A stretch of DNA of 64,000 bases. Source: Coniocarpon cinnabarinum (lineage: Eukaryota). A model generated the notes under the pieces. The model was not told the origin of the DNA, made no database searches, and saw only the letters and a list, made by a program, of their open reading frames with translations. This document shows, one piece after another, positions 10,837 to 21,853 of the stretch (position 1 is its first letter; each line of letters begins with the position of its first letter). Where the stretch lies: positions 1 through 64,000 of the forward strand of contig JAVECO010000075.1 in assembly GCA_051942205.1 (NCBI GenBank). Direction: 5' to 3'. The position numbers were made by a program, and so were the translations under genes.

Positions 10837-11274
10837 TCACAGCATGAAAGCTAGGCCAGCGACACCCGCAGCGGCAGCACCTATAGCGCCCAAGCCGGTG
10901 TTTATAGGGGCCATGTTGTCTGTCGCTGACCCCGTCGAGCTGGTGGAGGAACCGGTCCTGGTAGCAGATGCGGCCGTGGCTAGACCGGAGGCGAGAGAGG
11001 AGGCAGCGGCGGAGGGGTTGGTTGCGGTGGAGAGTTGCTCGGCGCCGCTCGCAAGGCTCGAAAGGGCGGACGGATTGGAGGATGCAATGTCAGCCGCTGA
11101 GGACTGGAGTGCAGGATCAGTGGCTGCTGAGGAGAGCGCGGCGGCCGCAGAGGGGTTGTTGGCGGCCGCAGAGGAGATGAGCTGGTCGACATCTATGCCA
11201 TCGCTTGCGTAGGTGGTCTGAGCCGCAGCGAAGGAGGTCAGAGCAAGGACATAAGCCGCGACTGCGAAACGCAT
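10837..11274 (-). CDS. Secreted Ser/Ala/Thr-rich, probably GPI-anchored cell-surface protein
   Basis: N-terminal signal peptide MRFAVAAYVLALTSFAAA, S/A/T-rich body, hydrophobic C-terminal tail (...GAIGAAAAGVAGLAFML). Confidence 0.85.
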   Translation of the reverse strand: MRFAVAAYVLALTSFAAAQTTYASDGIDVDQLISSAAANNPSAAAALSSAATDPALQSSAADIASSNPSALSSLASGAEQLSTATNPSAAASSLASGLATAASATRTGSSTSSTGSATDNMAPINTGLGAIGAAAAGVAGLAFML

Positions 11275-11845
11275 CTTGGTTCTGGATTACTGAAAAGGCT
11301 GTGGCGAATGAAAACTGCGTTGAAGGCACGATCAAGAGTACTGTAACCGTGGAAGGGTGTCAAGATTGAGGATGTGCTCGCGAAGCGTTTGACAAAAAGA
11401 GAGGAGGGACACTTCAGAGGTGTGACAGCTATTCAAATCGAAGCTATTTGAAGTTCGAGGCAGCGAAGGAAGATTCAAGGATAATTAGCTAGGGGAAGAC
11501 GCCGGCGCAACAGAGCGTTTTAAATTGTTTCACCAACGCCAGGGGATACGCAATCTGGTGAGGCTTTAGCAAGCTCGAGTCGGCTGTGCAGCGTGAGATA
11601 TCTGACAAAGGGGCTGGTTGGGCTGGACCGTACGGAGTGTACTCCGCATGCAGTTAGGGGGGCTGACGCCGCCGGATCGAGGCAAGGCTCTGCCATCGCT
11701 CGTCTTCGAAACCGTGGAACCCATCAGGACCGTGCACCGTCATCTGACGCGTGTGGCTGGGGGCTGGGGGCTGGGGGCTGGTGGCGATGCCAGCACGTGT
11801 CTGTTTAATTTAGTAACAATGGAAAGCACAGTGCGCTCGTGCCCG

Positions 11846-13511
11846 TCAGCTCCCCTCGCCTTGATCGTCAGGAACCTCCTCAAACCGTCCTGTATCGATT
11901 GCCTCCTGCACCGGGTTCTTCACATCCACTACACCAGTCTGTTTGAGCCTTTCGAATAACACAAACAGCTTCTCTGCCTCGCGCTCTTTCTCTTCCTCGG
12001 TCATTGGGCGCGTCCCTGCAGGCGGCTCTGAAGCAAAAAATTGTCCCGTCACTGGGTTCACGTCGCCGCGCATGCTTGTCGAACCTTCATTCGCATCGTC
12101 ACTTGCATGCCCAGCGGACACGTTGAACGGGATTCTCCGATTCTGGAGATATCCCGATGCATAGCCGTAGCCCACGTTGTTCACAAATGTCTCAGCGCTG
12201 CGACCAGACAGCTCAAAGAATAACTCAGGAATTAGCTCGCGGAGTTGGGGTGTGTGTCCCGACGTCGAGAGGCGTAGCAGACGTGCCGATAAGCTATTCG
12301 ATTGACCCAGTGGCTTGTCACGCTCTTCTTCGTGTGGCAAGAGCTTGTCTTGAAGAAACTCTCGAACACTCTGAGGAGCTCTGCTATACATTCTGAGCAA
12401 GAAAATTGTTGATGATGACAGCACGAGATCAAGCTCTTCAGGTTCGCGTGTAACCGTCGCATCATTTATTTCAGTCACTATCACCTTGACAAGGCGCTGC
12501 TCGTCATTGCAAGGAAAGAGGTCGTCGTCCTGAGTGGCTCCGAGAGGCAGGATGTGCAGGGCATCCATGATATGTCGGAAAAGCTGCTGAGAGGAAACTG
12601 CATGTTCACGATGCAGAGACGTGACCAAGTCAAGCATCGGTTTCACGGCTTCACTGAAATCAGCAAATTCCGGGCAGAGCTTCTTGACTGCAAATAAAAG
12701 CTTCAGTGTTTCGGAAAGGCCCATCGCCGGGCTCGGGACACTGCCTGGATCCGTGACAAGCGGTGCGACCTCTCGCGCATGGCGGGTGATGCTCTGTGTC
12801 TTCTGGTGAGACTTCTCATTGCGAAAAGCAACACACCACGCTACGAACCTTTGTGATGCTTTGTTGTAATTGGTGGTTTCGGATAAGATCTCTCATGTCA
12901 CATGATGTACTGTAGCTTAACAGTAGGAGTATGCGAGCATCTAGAAACTCCTCGATTGTCGTACTGGCCTAGGATTCATGGTCAGCTCAACCACGATTGT
13001 TGAAAAGTCATGTCCGCATACATTTTGATATAAACTAGCAACTTCCACTGCAGCTCCAAGATCTGATACCGCTTCGCGAACCGATGGCTTGAGGAGCATG
13101 CAGTTAGCAAGGCAGCTCAGCGCCTCGCATGACGCAACTTCGTCCGACTGATTCGCCAAGCCATATTTCAATAGCACTCGTATGCCCTGCAATTTCGTCA
13201 GTACGGAACTCTCTTGGCCTGTTCAAGATGCTGCAACATGCCTGTGAACTAAAAAGCTGGTCCGCATCTTTGGGGTCACGCCCAAGGACCTTAAGCCGCT
13301 CAAGCTGGGATTTCTGTTCTTTGAGATGTCAGGAGCCTTGCGATACTTTGCCAATGGATACGCCTGCAGAATAGTGACTCACTCGAATCAGGTGGGCGCT
13401 CGAGGTCTTGCAATATTGCTTTAATTTCTAGCGACTTCGCTGCATGCTGTTAGGCAGGCAATCATGGGGTTCAGCCGGACCGGTACCTTCTCCGACTGGA
13501 TATGTCTGCAT
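11846..13511 (-). CDS. RIC8: Ric8/synembryn guanine nucleotide exchange factor for G-alpha (6 exons)
   Basis: LKVLGRDP, EALSCLAN, FVNNVGYGYASGYL, VNPVTGQ, MTEEEKEREAEKLFVLFERL. The model includes one GC-AG intron (13187-13241). Confidence 0.9.
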
Positions 13512-15172
13512 GGCCAGCCGCTACCGGCGCATATCTGAAAACGTCGATCCAGAGCAACGTGGTACTGCGGGATCTGAAGCATCTAGAGACACCACTATAT
13601 ACGAGATATTGGGTGATTGGTTGCAGCCCCACGGAAAACGATCATGTGATAACGTATTTCCTAAAAAGGTACGCAAAAGTGTTAAACATAAGCGGGAGAC
13701 ACATGTGTCGCTGATGCCTCGCGCAGCCGATGACTCCCTCAGTTTGTTGAAGGTTTGAGTCTCTGCTTTGGAACTAGAACGGAAGACTTGACGTACGGCG
13801 CCCGACGACGTCACAACTACTTTGACTGATGGATTTACTTGCCCCAAATAACTGGTATCGTTTGCAACATCACCGCTCGCCGTCTCAGATCGGGAACAGA
13901 TCAACCAGAGAAATCCGCAAATCGCCAGAAACTCGTTCTATCCCAGCAGAACGCGGTTGTGCTGATATTTAAGATCGCCAATTTCTCTTCCATAGGTAGC
14001 TTCGGTGTGAGATCACGGGAGAAGCTAAAGAAATCCGTCTTCTGCGGGTTTTGAGCATCATGGCCATCGAGTGCAAGATACCACCATGTCTTGTACATGT
14101 ATGCTAGAACCATGGCGCTCTATGTAAAGTCCGAGTCTCAAATGCGCATGAGATGACTATAGGAGCTCAAAGAGCTGACCAACACCTTATCGCACACAGA
14201 CCCCCTGAAAATAAAGTGCTACGTGGCCCTCTTGACCGCCTTGAGCACCACGCTGATCAACGCCTAGTCTCTAGAAACCATCCTGCTTTGCGTGAGGTCA
14301 TTGGTAATCGATGACGAGGTGCTAGCACGTTGTCCTCTCACATTGACACCCCGAGCTCAGATTGAACCGCATTTTTCCCACTACAACGGCCTTTTCAGAG
14401 CTATTCAGTGCGGGCAATGAGAACATTAATGCAGCTAACGTAGAGACTCTGATCGCTGCCACTGCCAGCAGGGATACTCACATTCGATTGGTCCTAGACT
14501 CTGCTGCCATATTTTTTTTTGGAAGGCTGAGGCTGTTGTGGGGTCTCTGGCAAAGGTACTTGCCACGAACAGCTCGCATACCATTTCAAGTTTCACAAAA
14601 AGCTCCTCCTATAAATGAATCGTTATGAATGCGTGCTCAATCCAAAATGTACACGAACGCAGTCGCACTTATATACGTAAGTGAGTCGCAAGTTATGCAG
14701 CTTGATAGGGGTGTTGATTCGTTGCAGTATCTGAAAGTCCTTATTCTTGAGATGACGCAAGATTGGTTGGTCGATCACTCGTCATCAGAGTTGTCCTTTC
14801 AAGACGCACACCAGCTGTCGGCGAGGGCAGACATGAGTACAATGCTCAGTAGTTTGTTTTAGAGGTCGGTGTACTCTGCATTAGCCACATCTTAATTGTC
14901 AAGCATCCAAAGCGCTGTGCCGCCCCGAGCATCTACTGGGTCGAAGTCGTTCAGGTTGGTCGTGTTTGTACGCAATCATTGTTTGGCGTCGCAAAGTCTT
15001 TTTCAATAGTCAAATGGAAAAGACTGCCGAAGGCAGCTTGGTCCCACGTAACACTTCAATCAAGCCGGTTGATGAAGTTCATACAAGAAGTTCGGCTGCA
15101 AGCTGCCTACACCAAGAGCATTGCAGAAACTCTGAGCAGTACGGAGGTGCAAGTCGTGATGCGAACTTCCTC

Positions 15173-16628
15173 TTACGAAGGGTATAAATAGTTGCTGCAC
15201 ATCAGTTAGCTTGGTGAAGAAAATTCTAGTAAATTGCATGACTGTTACCTGGGAAAAACACCAGTTCGCTCACCGATTCTCCCTGTCCACCAATCTTCGT
15301 CTTTGTCAGTTCTTTCAATAATACTGATAATGTCATTTTTCTTAAAACCTAGATCACCGGGCTTCTCGGCGTCGAAATCAAACTTAGCCTTGGCTTGATT
15401 TGCACCTACAGCGCCGGTTTTTTGCGGGCTGAAGACGGGCTTCGGAGCAGTGGGACGGCTTGGTCTCGGTTTGTCGCTGTAAACATAGTCTCCACCATTA
15501 GCTAAACTTGACGCACGACTTCTTCGGTCCAGTCTATCAAAGGTCTCTGATGGATTTGCACGTGAAATAGGTGACCTTTGCCCTCCTGGAGAGTGTATGT
15601 CTCGAGCTGTAGCGCTTCTTGACAATCCAGGTGAGGTGTACGTGTGGTCGTAAATGTCATCTTGCCAAGAAGTCCCTCTTTGTGGTGATGTAGGAGAGTC
15701 TCGGTATTCATAGTCATTGGCTATTACACTCCCTGTGCGAGTTCTTGATACGCCCTCGCCATATGCTGAGCCTCTCGACCCTTGCCAGATCACGTCCTCG
15801 TGCGCATCGTCATATATTGGAATGTCATTGTACATTTCAGTATTGGCTCTTGCTAGTCCCGAGGAAAAGACGCGCGAATCCAATATTCTCATAAGTGGCT
15901 CAGCTGAGGGAGGGGGATCGACAGCCGTGGTCATTAGAAGTTCTGCTGCTTTGTATTGTCGACCGTATAGCTTGCCGTTGGCGTCTCTGCGCTCGATCAT
16001 AGTGCTTCCTTCGAGCGAGACCCCGGCAAATAAGCCCTTCGTCTTCGAGTACGAAAATACACCGCCGACTCCTTTCAAGCTCACGCCGCCAGCAGCTTCC
16101 GCGTTGCGGCCCACCGGACCAGCAGCGAGTGCGACATTGCCGCCAAGCTGGAGGCTGCCGAGCTGGGCAAAGGTTTTGAGGGTCATGTAATCGTTAATAA
16201 TGAAGACGAAGTCGGTCAACTCGAACCCGATCTGACCGCCGAAGCCGCCGCCCAGCATCCCAATACCTGAAGGAGCGGACCAGCTGCCATTACCCCGTCG
16301 CGCCACAATCACTCCTGATCCAAACCGGCCAGATCCTATGAAGCCAGCTTTGAAGACGGACAGTATGGCAAGGCCCTGCTCTGATTTTAGTGGCATTCAG
16401 GACTAGACGGAGGCAACCTAGGAACCTTTGCGTTGGCTAGAATTTCCTGGGGTATGACCTTGTCCGGTCCAAATGCCTGTCGCGGGTCGACAAATGAGGC
16501 GAGCTGTGAAGCGTCAGGAAAGGCACAGTGTGTGTCCAAGATAAGACCCCAGGACTCACGATCTTGCCACACTTGCGACACTCGCTGTTCATGCTGGCAG
16601 GCAGAGGATTATTAAGTCCGAAAGGCAT
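15173..16628 (-). CDS. YSC84: Ysc84/Lsb3 (SYLF + SH3) actin-patch protein (4 exons)
   Basis: GLNNPLPASM, KAGFIGSGRFGSG, WSAPS, GFGGQIGFELTDFVF, SYSKTKGLFAGVSLEG. C-terminal SH3 (AKFDF...DLGFKKND...WW...GVFPSNY). Confidence 0.92.
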
Positions 16629-17178
16629 CTTGATAATGGTGCGCTGCAGGCTGCGCTCGTATAGCGAAGGTGCTATCCCCTGCGAATGGAAGATTTGTGT
16701 TCAACAGCGAGCAGAGTCCGACGGTATTAGGAAGCCAGAGAATCCGAAGACGCAGTTCATACACCGACAGTGAGTGCGCACAACTTAAGAATATGCGCTG
16801 TAGGGGCAAGCCTCGCACAGTGGCACTGACGTCGGCCAACGCTGAGCTAAAGGTGCCCAGGCATCAGCACGGAATTAAGGTTACAACCGTAGGTAGCTTG
16901 CGACGCTCTGCCTACCTATACACCTATACTATAAGACTTCAATCTTAATCCTACGCCGTGGCGCCGGAGCAGATCTGACCTCCTGACCACAAACTCCATG
17001 CCTCCTAGCGCGCTATCGTTCGCGACGCAACGTCTTGGCCACTCAACGCAGCCGAACGCGAGCAGCAGTTTTGCCCGCGCAATAGAAAGATACGTAGTGT
17101 CTTTGCTTGCGTGTTTCGATGCAGTGCCACCCTCGGCAGCTGTCGGGCGGGTCAGAGATTGAGCGTATGCCCTTCATA

Positions 17179-18441
17179 CTAAAAGTCTTCGTGGAAGACT
17201 TTGCAATGTCTTCCACCGTAACGATCTAGCCAGGCTCTGAACATGCCACCACAATTGAAGTCCGCCACGACGCTGGTGTGAGAGCCTCGTCGCTCGATAC
17301 CTATTATACCCCCCGCACCTTCGCCGGTACTACCCCATCGATTCCCTGCGGACCGTTGCAATTGCCCTCCAGGTCCGGCCATCCATGTGAGAGCCGGCCC
17401 AAGGAAAGAGGGAGACGCACTGGAAAAGCGTACAAGAGCAGCCACTGTACGGACGGCGGACAGACGAAGAAAGGAGTCGCCGTTGCCGGTACCCGACATT
17501 GCTACACTGTGCACGTCGTGATCCTCAATGGGACTCCCGGGCTCGTCAGAAGAATTTAAACAGTCTTGTAGAAAATGAAGTGGATTTCTTAGACCTGTCA
17601 GTAGACTGGGCACGCTTTGAGTGCTTTCCATGTCATAATGGCGAACTGGCGATAGCCACTCTTCAGCCCAGAATCCTGCTCCGAAGGTTGGCGTGTCGCC
17701 AATGCGTCCTGGCAGTTTGTTGGTAACACCGCCCGTTGACGTTGCGACTGCGAGTGACCCATACTGATCCATACAAACGCATCCGACTGTACCCTGAGGT
17801 AGATAGTCCTTCATGTTCCAACGCGGTTCGTTGTCTTCGTCATTCTCGTCGTGTTGCCAAGGTCGTCCATCTGGGCCGACGTCCTTCTGATGTCCTGGCG
17901 AAGAAATGGTCCAGCTACGGTCGAGATCGCGGCAGTGTTCCTGCCATCGACGTCGAGTCCAAAAATAATTTTCGTCGCAGAGGTCCAGGCTCCATTGGCT
18001 CGCCAGAGCTTCGGCGCTGGTGCCACTGATGTGGACGTGGCCTTGCGCCCCTCCGCCGTCGTTTTCGTCGCCTGTGCGGAGGATTTTAGCAGCAAGCTCT
18101 ACAGGATGCTTGACGTGCTTGATGAGGCTCACGGCCGCTCCCCTTTTTCGCCTCCCCGTCGAAACCATCACTGATGCTTCCAATTCGATTGTGCCGGTTC
18201 GGGTGAAAACAGCGCCGCGCCCACAATTGTACATGTGGCTACTCTCGAAGAGTTTGACTGCATGCACAGCGGCAGTGAGCGCATCGTGCCCATCTTGAAG
18301 ACATGCATTGGTTGAGTCGAGAATAGAGAGCAACGATATCTGATGTTTCTGCCAGAGCTCCGGAGAAAGATTCTGTCGGGTGATGTTCCCAGCGCCGCCA
18401 TGAATTATGACGCGAGGCTTGTGCGACGGGATTTTGGACAT
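17179..18441 (-). CDS. Ntn-hydrolase asparaginase 2 family (isoaspartyl peptidase/L-asparaginase)
   Basis: IIHGGAG, YNCGRGAVF, ELEASVM, autocleavage GTVG, ATSTGG, KLPGRIGDTP, SGTGNGD. Intronless. Confidence 0.92.
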   Translation of the reverse strand: MSKIPSHKPRVIIHGGAGNITRQNLSPELWQKHQISLLSILDSTNACLQDGHDALTAAVHAVKLFESSHMYNCGRGAVFTRTGTIELEASVMVSTGRRKRGAAVSLIKHVKHPVELAAKILRTGDENDGGGAQGHVHISGTSAEALASQWSLDLCDENYFWTRRRWQEHCRDLDRSWTISSPGHQKDVGPDGRPWQHDENDEDNEPRWNMKDYLPQGTVGCVCMDQYGSLAVATSTGGVTNKLPGRIGDTPTFGAGFWAEEWLSPVRHYDMESTQSVPSLLTGLRNPLHFLQDCLNSSDEPGSPIEDHDVHSVAMSGTGNGDSFLRLSAVRTVAALVRFSSASPSFLGPALTWMAGPGGQLQRSAGNRWGSTGEGAGGIIGIERRGSHTSVVADFNCGGMFRAWLDRYGGRHCKVFHEDF

Positions 18442-18615
18442 GGCGTGCGAAAGCTTACGTCTTGTCACATTCTAGCAGCACGTCTCCCCGGTCTCGCAAG
18501 GTCGGGCAAGCATATCACACGCAAACCCCAGCCCTACACGAACCGTGTCCGAACGCGCGTATCTTCCATGTCTTGAGCACGAGGTGCCTGAAGTGCACGG
18601 CTTGTGAAAGCTCTG

Positions 18616-21600
18616 ATGTCATCACGGGCATCAAGCTCAAAGTTATCCATGAATGTGCGCCCCACCGTCGTCACGGCGGGTGAAGACAATGCGTTCGAAG
18701 CAGACGAGGGGGATCGCGTGTTAGATGAGGCCGGCGATCGAGGGCAGAATCAGTACGGTGCCTCAAGTGCACCGGATCTGCTCCATCGCTTCCAGCATCA
18801 CGCTTCCATTCTCTGCCTCACTACATCTGTCTACAAAGTCTTTGCAGGCACACAGGCCGGCGAGATCCTGGTATGCCCCAGACGCTGCACGCTTGCGGTC
18901 GAGCCAGCTCACGAGAAACATAGGTCTTTGATTTGGCCACGTATCAACGAGAACACGCCATTCACGCTCATCATGGCAGTGTTTTGGGGCTCTGCTTGTC
19001 AGATGATCGGCAAATCCTGTTTTCAAGTGCTGGCGACAGGCTGATCCATGTTTGTCTCAGCATGTAGTTGCCTCAGAGCACATTATAATACTCATTCATT
19101 CATTCAGATCTGGGACGCTAATACACTAGACATAACCGCCACAGTATATTCCGTGTATGATGTGGGCGACATCTTTTGCGTTTCGCATTCTGAAACGCTG
19201 CAGACAATCTACCTTGGATGCCAAAACACTTCCATTCAGGCATGTTACCGGATCACCTACGTCGAGGATGCTACTAACGTATTACGTACAGTGGCTTGAC
19301 CTGGCGTCTGCAAAATCGCAGACCTCCACGGGACCCGTGTCACATCCTTTGCTGCAGCAAGATCGATTCTTTGATTCGCCGGGTCCGGGCGGCATAAGGA
19401 ATCCCCAGCAACGCCCGCGCAAGCAGCCTATAATCCCAGAAGGTGCGAAACTACTTGAGATACAAAGATCTCACATTCTTCAGTTCGCTCACTATGGGTA
19501 CGTGCATTGTATGCTCTTGGCATCGTCACTGTACAATTTCGTCGAATCAAGCGAATTTCTTGTTACTGCTGGTGGAGATGGCGCCGCGTGCATCTGGGCA
19601 CTAGATCAGGCCCAGCAAGGCAAGCCTTTGCTGTCAGCCAGGCTTGATGATGCTCGAGAGGATGCCGCTTCAATACAAGCAGTCACTCTAGAAGGCAGTC
19701 TCCTTTTTACTGGGCGTGCTGACGGCGAGATCAATGTTTGGGACCTGGAGACTAGACAGTTGGTTCGCGTGTGGAAGGCTTTCCACGAAGAGACCTTGTC
19801 CTTGACCCTTGCGTCAGGTCGTTTGTACAGCACCAGTGAGCATGGCAAAGTCAAGGTGAACCCGGTTGCACCATGCCGCATTCCACCTTATGCTGACACT
19901 GAGAAGCTCTTCGGGCCGCAGTATGAATGTCTGCAGTCCTGGCAAGCTCATCGTGGACGAGTCTTGGCTTCGGCTTTCCATCAGCATAAGACTCGAGGGG
20001 TTTTCGTGACAGGAGGAAGTGATAACAGTGTTGCCATCTGGAAAGAGTATGAACGGGTCTTACTTCCCGGAGATGTAGAACAGAAAGAAGAAGGTAAAAT
20101 CCTGCACAAGGTTCGGGAAATTTTGCACGTATAAGATGCTGACTTGTTTGTCAAGATGAACTTCTCGATTCTCTGAAAACCTTGGTATCTTATCGCACCG
20201 TCTCATCCGATCCGAGGTACCGGACGGAGTGTCGTCGCGGTGCTTCTTATTTACGATCACTCCTGAGATCATTTGGTGCCACGACTGATATGATAGCTAC
20301 GGAGCAGGAATACAATCCCATTGTCTTGGCAGTATTCAGAGCGGCGCATGACTGCAGCAGTCGACACGCAAAAAAGATTCTCTTCTACGGCCACTATGAT
20401 GTGATAGCGGCTGAGAACAGACAGAATAGTTGGAGCCAGGACCCGTTCACCTTGACGGGCAGAGACGGGTATCTTTATGGTAGAGGGGTGTCAGATAACA
20501 AGGGACCCATTGTGGCTGCAGCGCATGCGGTTGCAGACCTTGCTCGATCCACAAGACTTAAGTCAGATATAGTCTTTCTCATCGAAGGTGAAGAAGAATG
20601 CGGCTCGCGCGGCTTCGAAAATGCCGTCCGACGCCACAGAGATCTCATTGGACATGTCGACTGCATCCTAGTTGCAAACAGCTACTGGATCAATAACGAA
20701 GTACCGTGTCTGACTTATGGCCTCAGAGGTGTGCTTCATGCCACTGTTCATGTCGAGAACGAATGGCCTGATTTTCACAGTGGAGTTGACGGCAGTCGCT
20801 CGCTTGACGAGCCTCTTAAAGACCTGGTGACCATAATGTCAAGACTGAGTGGTGCTCAAGGTGCCATCAACCTACCAGGTTTTGAAGACTGTGTCCTGCC
20901 TCTCACTGACAGTGAACAAAGATTGTATGATGAAGTCGCACAGTCTTTGACAAGGAGCGATCCAACTCTTGGAGATCCAGAAAGCCTTGCCAACTCGTTC
21001 AAACAGCGTTGGCGGGAACCGTCTCTAACGATTCACAACTTCAAGACCTCCGGATCCGAGAAGTCCACCATTATCCCACACTGTGCCTCTGTGTCGCTGT
21101 CTATGAGACTAGTTCCCAATCAGCAAGTGAGCAGCGTTGCTAAGTCTTTGGAAACCTTCCTTCGTTGTCAATTTGAAGGTCTTTCATCCAGCAACACTTT
21201 ATCTGTGCGCATTCATCAGACTGCCGAACCGTGGCTCGGAGATCCTTCCAACGAGTTGTTCCAAACTCTGGAAAGTGCTGTCAAACACGTTTGGACGCAG
21301 AAGAACCGGCGCAGGGCCTCTGCGGACCCTGCATCTCCGATGACCAATCGATCGCATTTGCGCCAACACTTCAGAGCTGCTTCACGTCCGCGAACGGCTA
21401 CCTTGGCAACAAGCACAACGCTGACGAGTAGTAACTTCACCTGCGATGAAAGAAACTCAAAACTTGCCAGCAATCAGTCTTCCGATCCTGAATCGCGGCC
21501 AGAGGTTCTGAGTCCTGAGCGTCGAAGCTCAGCCATGGAGAACCCAGACTGGCGACCACTCTACATCCGGGAAGGCGGCTCCATCCCCGCCATCCGCTAT

Positions 21601-21753
21601 CTCGAGCAGGAATTCAACGCTCCAGCAGCGCAGTTGCCATGTGGACAAGCCAGTGACAATGCGCATCTGGACAATGAACGCTTGAGAGTGATCAATCTTT
21701 TCAACAGTCGCGAAATCTTTCGGAGGGTTTTCGAGCAATTGGCTAGTCCTTAA
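18616..21753 (+). CDS. DUG2: Dug2 glutathione degradosome subunit (WD40 repeats + M20 peptidase-like domain)
   Basis: N-terminal WD repeats. C-terminal FYGHYDV, GRGVSDNKGP, EGEEECGS, HSGVDG, YIREGGSIP, DNAHLDNER. About 5 introns, including GC-AG 19240-19291. Start at 18616 or 18649. Confidence 0.92.
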
Positions 21754-21853
21754 AACTTGAAAACATGGGCAAGCTGGACTTGAAGTCAAACAATTGCTTA
21801 TAACAAAGAAGTTGGGCGATACGTCATCCTCTCATGTACCACTACAAACGCAC

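Noticed and set aside
13520..15170. 1.6-kb gap with short ORFs and small hairpins (14995-15037)
   Set aside because: No ORF with family features, and the stems are only 5-8 bp. An ncRNA cannot be excluded without an Rfam scan.
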